Positions 59,362 through 64,000 of a stretch of DNA of 64,000 nucleotides are shown here, one piece after another. Origin of the DNA: Candidatus Caenarcanales bacterium (GTDB lineage: Bacteria; Cyanobacteriota; Vampirovibrionia; LMEP-6097); assembly GCA_022447685.1 (NCBI GenBank), contig JAKVAO010000001.1:22939-86938 (forward strand), in the 5' to 3' direction. A program made the translations under genes and the position numbers. Within the stretch, counting starts at the first letter, position 1, and every line of letters begins with the position of its first letter. The notes beneath the pieces were generated by a model. That model did no database searches. It had not been told where the DNA came from and worked only from the letters and a program-made list of their open reading frames with translations.

Positions 59362-60684
59362 TTGTTTGAAGAAAAATTAAGAATTAAGGGTGGAACATCT
59401 TTACAAGGTGAGGTGAAAATCATTGGAGCGAAGAATGCAGTTTTAAAACAAATGGCTGCGGCTCTTATTTTGCCTAAGGGCAAGTCTATTATCCGCAATG
59501 TCCCAGATTTATCTGATGTAGTTGCGATGAATGAGATTTTGACTCTACTTGGAGCTGAAGTTAGCTATGAGGGCGATGTATTAGATATTGATGCTTCGAA
59601 TCTTTCTAGTTCTTTTGTCCCGATTGAGCTTGCCAGAAAACTGAGAGCAAGTTTTGTTTGTTTAGGGGCTTTGGTTGCTAGATTCAAAAAAGCGCAGGTT
59701 GCATTACCTGGAGGTTGTGATTTAGGTGCTCGTAAAGTTGATCTTCACCTCAAAGGATTAAAGGCTTTGGGAGTGAAAATTAAAGAAGAACAAGGTTATA
59801 TTTTCGCTGAAGCGGGTAGGTTAATCGGTACTAAGATTTATTTAGATCTCCCAAGTAATGGTGCAACGGAAAATATTATGCTTGCAGCCTCTCTTGCTGA
59901 AGGTGAAACTATTATAGAGAATGCGGCTAGAGATCCTGAGATTTTAGATTTAGCTAATTACCTTAACTCGCTTGGTTGTAAAATTTCTGGTGCAGGTACT
60001 AGCAATATTCATATTGAGGGTGTTGAATTAGATTCTTTACATGCTTCTGACTTTAATTGTTTACCAGATAGAATTGAAGCTGCGACTTATCTTATCGCTA
60101 CTGCGATGACTTCAGGTAAAGTTAAAGTTAAAGATGTTTTGGAAGAAGATTTACAGGCTCTTTTAAGTAAGCTTGAAGATGTTGGTGTTGATATTAAAAT
60201 TTTCCCAACTGTAAATAACTTAGTGGATATACTTGTCGATTCTGAATCTAAAACTTTAACTGCTACAGATGTTAAAACTATGTGGTATCCAGGTTTCTCG
60301 ACGGATATCCAACCTATATTTTCAGCTTTGTTAGCTGTTTGTAAGGGAACAAGTACTGTAGTTGAAAACATCTATAATTCAAGGTTTCAACACTTAGAAG
60401 AATTGAATAAAATGGGTGCTAAGTCAGATATTAATGGAGAAGTCTCTGTTATTACTGGTGTTAGCAAACTTAAAGGTACTCAAGTCGAAGGGCGTGATCT
60501 TAGAGCTACAGCAGCTCTTGTGGTTGCAGCTTTAGCTGCAGAAGGTGTTTCTGAAGTTAGAGGACTTAAGCATTTAGATAGAGGTTATGAGCATATTGTT
60601 GAAAAGTTCAAAGCTTTGGGTGCTGATATCGAGCGTATTTCTGAAAATAACTTCGAACAAGAACAGAGTCTTAATTTAGTTTAA
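59362..60684 (+). CDS. murA: UDP-N-acetylglucosamine 1-carboxyvinyltransferase
   Basis: TTG start with RBS GAGGAAG. KIIGAKNAVLKQMAAALI, active-site loop LPGGCDLGARKVDLH, IDRGYE and ALGADIER match MurA. Confidence 0.9.
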   Translation: MFEEKLRIKGGTSLQGEVKIIGAKNAVLKQMAAALILPKGKSIIRNVPDLSDVVAMNEILTLLGAEVSYEGDVLDIDASNLSSSFVPIELARKLRASFVCLGALVARFKKAQVALPGGCDLGARKVDLHLKGLKALGVKIKEEQGYIFAEAGRLIGTKIYLDLPSNGATENIMLAASLAEGETIIENAARDPEILDLANYLNSLGCKISGAGTSNIHIEGVELDSLHASDFNCLPDRIEAATYLIATAMTSGKVKVKDVLEEDLQALLSKLEDVGVDIKIFPTVNNLVDILVDSESKTLTATDVKTMWYPGFSTDIQPIFSALLAVCKGTSTVVENIYNSRFQHLEELNKMGAKSDINGEVSVITGVSKLKGTQVEGRDLRATAALVVAALAAEGVSEVRGLKHLDRGYEHIVEKFKALGADIERISENNFEQEQSLNLV

Positions 60685-60687
60685 CTT

Positions 60688-61584
60688 TTAACTAGCAAGA
60701 GCTGCTGTAAAGAAACCTTTCTTACGTAATTTGCGCGTTTCTTTTTTTAGACCTTTTGACTTTTCAAGGTTCTTCTCGATTTGTTTTTTAAGCTTTTTGA
60801 TTTCTTTTTTGCTGAGTTTAGCAGAGCTGCGTTTTTTTTTGCTGAACATAGATTTGATGATTTTAGATGTTCTGATTCTGATACTTTGGAAAACTCCGTT
60901 ACCGTTATAGTCAGTATCATTCATGGCTTGAAGTACAGGGAAAAGTTTAGTTAGTTTGTCAATTGCGCTTTCTACTAATTCTTCCTTGTCTTCCATCTCT
61001 TCATCGTTGGATTTCTCATTTTCTTTTTTGTGCTCTTCTTCGCTTTTGAGAACTTTGATGGAAGCTAGAATGGAAATGGCTCTTTCTAAAAAGCCAGGAA
61101 CTGGATTGTTGAAGTCATCAAGAACAGCTTTTTGATTATTAGCATTAGCAGCTAGATTGTTGATGCCATTTTGCATTAATTTAGGGTTCAAAAATGCCAT
61201 AGCTAGATTGTTTCCAGGGCTGAAGGACTCCGCTCTAGCTTCACCATTAGCTACTTCGCTTGCTTTCTGGGACGCGCTCACATTATCTTGCAGTGTATTA
61301 TTCTGCATGATTTGTTTAGTAATCTGATCCCTTTCTTGACCTTTATAAGACTGAGCAAAGAAGCTCCATTTCACTTCTCCAGCACCACCGTATCTGCTAC
61401 CGCCTCCACGACTGATGGTTCCGCCACCGCCGCCACCACCAGCGCCTTTACGTCGCTTCTCGCGTTCGAGTTCGTCTTCTATAGCTTTTTTTCTTTCTGC
61501 CTCAGCTTGTGCACTTTTCTTAGCAGTATCTAGGCTTTTTAAAGCCGTGCTAGTGATCACATTCTGTTTGGAGTTAGGAAGCAT
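60688..61584 (-). CDS. hypothetical Lys- and Gly-rich protein
   Basis: 298 aa with a GAGGGGGGGTISRGGGSRYGGAG tract flanked by KE-rich coiled-coil segments. No known motif. Confidence 0.35.
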   Translation of the reverse strand: MLPNSKQNVITSTALKSLDTAKKSAQAEAERKKAIEDELEREKRRKGAGGGGGGGTISRGGGSRYGGAGEVKWSFFAQSYKGQERDQITKQIMQNNTLQDNVSASQKASEVANGEARAESFSPGNNLAMAFLNPKLMQNGINNLAANANNQKAVLDDFNNPVPGFLERAISILASIKVLKSEEEHKKENEKSNDEEMEDKEELVESAIDKLTKLFPVLQAMNDTDYNGNGVFQSIRIRTSKIIKSMFSKKKRSSAKLSKKEIKKLKKQIEKNLEKSKGLKKETRKLRKKGFFTAALAS

Positions 61585-61712
61585 TGATCTCCTTCGATTA
61601 CTGCTTGATAATTAACTTTTCTTTAATTATAGCAAAATAGCTCTCTATAATCCAGTATTTGCAGTTGTGATCTCGATATAAGTTGATTTAATAGTTTTTA
61701 AAATTAAAACTT

Positions 61713-62408
61713 TTAGAACCATTTACCAAAAGTGTTATCCCAGAAATTATTCCATATTTCGCCTAAGTTTGGTATGTTTGACTCTTGTCTAGGTTCTGGT
61801 TGATTTGGATCAGGTAAAGGTGGATAAACATCTGGCTTTGCATCTACAGCCTTCTGGTAATTCTCCATAAATTCTTCTCTTGATACTACTTCGTAGTCTC
61901 TTCCCTTTAGTACGTGATAACCTGGAGTTTCTACTGCTTTATCGACATTTATTCTTTTCAAAAATACTACTTCGCCTTTCTCAATTTCAGAACCATTTTT
62001 AGGTGAAGGCTTTGTATCTCTACTGTATGGGTTCTTTATTTCTCCCTCTTTAGATATAACCATAACTTCGTATAGACCATGTCCGTCATTCATAAAATTC
62101 TCAACTAGTAAATCTGTTTTGAATTTTTCTTCTCCTTCATTAAGCAGAGAGTTAAAACCTTCACCGTATGGACCAATGTTAAACCTATGACCAACTTCCC
62201 TTTTGGATTCAGGAACTGCCATATCTTCAAATCCTGGTAAAGGAAAATTAGTTTCATCAACTTGAGCATAAGTAAATGGATCAACTGGAGTTACTTCTTT
62301 AGACTCGGTACTTTCAGGGCTTTTTACAGTCGTTGGATTGATGTTCCTCAAATAATCAGCCCTAGGCTCTGTAGCTTTTGAATCTAAATTTATAATATTT
62401 TTTACCAT
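61713..62408 (-). CDS. hypothetical protein
   Basis: 231-aa ORF, Pro/Glu-rich, no motif. Confidence 0.35.
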   Translation of the reverse strand: MVKNIINLDSKATEPRADYLRNINPTTVKSPESTESKEVTPVDPFTYAQVDETNFPLPGFEDMAVPESKREVGHRFNIGPYGEGFNSLLNEGEEKFKTDLLVENFMNDGHGLYEVMVISKEGEIKNPYSRDTKPSPKNGSEIEKGEVVFLKRINVDKAVETPGYHVLKGRDYEVVSREEFMENYQKAVDAKPDVYPPLPDPNQPEPRQESNIPNLGEIWNNFWDNTFGKWF

Positions 62409-62485
62409 AGTCTTACCTTTATAAGTACAAAGAATCAGGGGGGGGATTATTTTGATAGTGTTTCTAGTTTGTTATTAATTCGGTA

Positions 62486-63883
62486 TTAAAGTGACTTAGA
62501 GAAAATTTTGTGAGCTGACCTTTGCTTCAAATGATAATCAAAACAGCTTGATATATTGCGTATAAAAAATCTACCAAGCTCAGTTACCTTGAGATGAAAT
62601 TCATTTTCTTTTTCAGAGATAATGACGAGATTATTGCTTTCAAAATTACGTAATTCCTCCAATTCTTGGCTGTATTTTAATTTATTGATAATGCTCTCAC
62701 AATGACACATAATTTCTTTGATAATTTCGCGCCTTTCATTGTCAGATTCAGTAGATATATAGAATTTATCAGCATTAGTCGCTGCTGGACTATAGTAGCT
62801 GGCAAGTTTTTTAGGGTTTTGTTTGTAAGTACCTTGAACCGAGGATATCGCAGTCACACCAAGTCCAAACAAATCACAGCCATCGTGTGTTGTGTAGCCT
62901 TGAAAATTTCTATAGAGCTTATTTTGTCTTTGAGCTTTGCTAAGTTCATCCTCGGGCTTTGCAAAGTGATCTATGCCAATGAATTCATAGCCTGCTGCCG
63001 TGAATTGTTGAACGGCTTCATCAAAGATTTCACATTTTTTGCTTTGGCTGGGTAAGCTTAATTCGTCAATGTATTTCTTTTGGAACGGGAAAAACTCTGG
63101 GATATGAGCGTAATTGAACAAGGCAATTCTCTCTGGGGCAATCTTTTTAACCATTTCAATGGTTTCGTTAAAGCTATTTATGTCTTGGTGTGGAAGCCCA
63201 TAAATTAAATCAAAATTGATACTCTTGAAACCAACCAGGCGAGCTTGTTTTACTAGCTCTGACACGGATTCAAAACTCTGTTTTCTGTTAATGGCTTCTT
63301 GGGTTTCTTCGTTAAAATCTTGAATTCCCATGCTCAAACGATTAAAACCAAGTTTATGAAGCGTTTCAAGATGTTCATTACTGGTAACTCTTGGGTCAAT
63401 CTCTATCGAGTATTCATGCCCAGATTCTTTTTCTTCTGAGATTTCATAGAGGTTGAAATATTTTTTGATGTGCTCATAGATTTCTGTAATCTGTTCAGGG
63501 CTTAGATAAGTTGGAGTTCCACCACCCCAAGCCATTTGCACAACGTGCCTAGATTTGTCTATTTTCGAGCCGTAGAATTTGATCTCTTGTTTAAGGTAAT
63601 TGATATAGTCTTGGCTTATTTCTTTTTTCTTGCTGATGATTACATTGCAAGCACAGTAATAGCATTGGCTTTCACAGAAAGGTATGTGTAAGTATAAAGA
63701 ATAGTCTTTCTGGCTTTGGTTGGATTTCTCTATCGCTTCAAAAAAAAGTTCTGGCTTATAATCGTGCTTCCACTCAGGAGCAGTGGGATAGCTAGTGTAT
63801 CTAGGCACCGAAACGCCATAGTTCTTGATTAATTCCTGAAATTCAGGAGAGGAAGTGCGGGATACTTGAACTGAACTACTCAT
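62486..63883 (-). CDS. hemN: oxygen-independent coproporphyrinogen III oxidase (radical SAM)
   Basis: Radical-SAM cluster motif HIPFCESQCYYCACN (CxxxCxxC), GGGTP, and a HemN C-terminal domain. 465 aa. Confidence 0.85.
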   Translation of the reverse strand: MSSSVQVSRTSSPEFQELIKNYGVSVPRYTSYPTAPEWKHDYKPELFFEAIEKSNQSQKDYSLYLHIPFCESQCYYCACNVIISKKKEISQDYINYLKQEIKFYGSKIDKSRHVVQMAWGGGTPTYLSPEQITEIYEHIKKYFNLYEISEEKESGHEYSIEIDPRVTSNEHLETLHKLGFNRLSMGIQDFNEETQEAINRKQSFESVSELVKQARLVGFKSINFDLIYGLPHQDINSFNETIEMVKKIAPERIALFNYAHIPEFFPFQKKYIDELSLPSQSKKCEIFDEAVQQFTAAGYEFIGIDHFAKPEDELSKAQRQNKLYRNFQGYTTHDGCDLFGLGVTAISSVQGTYKQNPKKLASYYSPAATNADKFYISTESDNERREIIKEIMCHCESIINKLKYSQELEELRNFESNNLVIISEKENEFHLKVTELGRFFIRNISSCFDYHLKQRSAHKIFSKSL

Positions 63884-64000
63884 AGTTGTACTAAAAATTA
63901 TAACTATTAACCGTGACCTTAAATTATTTTAACATTCTACCTTGACGAGTATGTTAATATTGTAATTTGTCTAAATCGCAAAGATTTGGGATTATTTTAT

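Noticed and set aside
1-64000. CRISPR arrays, tRNA/rRNA genes, integrases/transposases, prophage structural genes
   Set aside because: No regularly spaced direct repeats with unique spacers. No GC-rich tRNA-like intergenic segments (all intergenic regions are very AT-rich). No recombinase-like ORFs. The defence-like module at 46.3-49.2 kb has no recognisable mobility gene next to it.

Overview
This is an AT-rich bacterial chromosomal window that is almost entirely coding on both strands. It appears to come from a Gram-negative, flagellated and piliated organism, judging by the type IV pilin-like gene, two flagellins, an LptD-like gene and the overall gene content. It resembles Bdellovibrionota / Bacteriovorax-like genomes, but that is a guess only.

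Genes in order of position:
- The 5' part of lysS (minus strand, runs off the window start).
- A type IV pilin-like gene, an OppC/DppC-type ABC permease, ispH and an AEC-family transporter.
- Two tandem flagellin genes, each preceded by a near-identical sigma28-type promoter.
- An LptD-like outer-membrane protein, then recF with a DUF721 gene, thyX, a CaCA-family Ca/Na antiporter, a lone ATP-synthase a-subunit paralog with a His/Ala-rich insertion, and a DUF318-type permease.
- ligA, typA/bipA, an rmuC-like gene and holA.
- A ribosomal-protein cluster running only from rplB to secY (18 genes), followed by convergent ribD and mazG.
- A lipoprotein-signal cytidine deaminase, then sbcD and sbcC.
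- A Rieske / cytochrome b6-type gene cluster with two paralogous polytopic membrane proteins. One of these is interrupted by an in-frame TAA.
- A three-gene module: a 71-aa AbrB/MazE-type antitoxin-like protein, a Doc/Fic-type toxin and a 745-aa AAA_13-like ABC ATPase. It lies between the cytochrome cluster and a DAB-type inorganic-carbon module and looks like a small defence island.
- The DAB module (dabB, dabA, PII-like protein) with a divergent LysR regulator, followed by glnK-amtB, selO, glyA, murA, two hypotheticals and hemN.

No rRNA, tRNA, CRISPR array, integrase or transposase was recognised.

The most interesting candidate for an undescribed system is the antitoxin / Doc / AAA_13 ATPase cluster at about 46.3-49.2 kb. 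All domain assignments come from reading motifs by eye, not from database searches.
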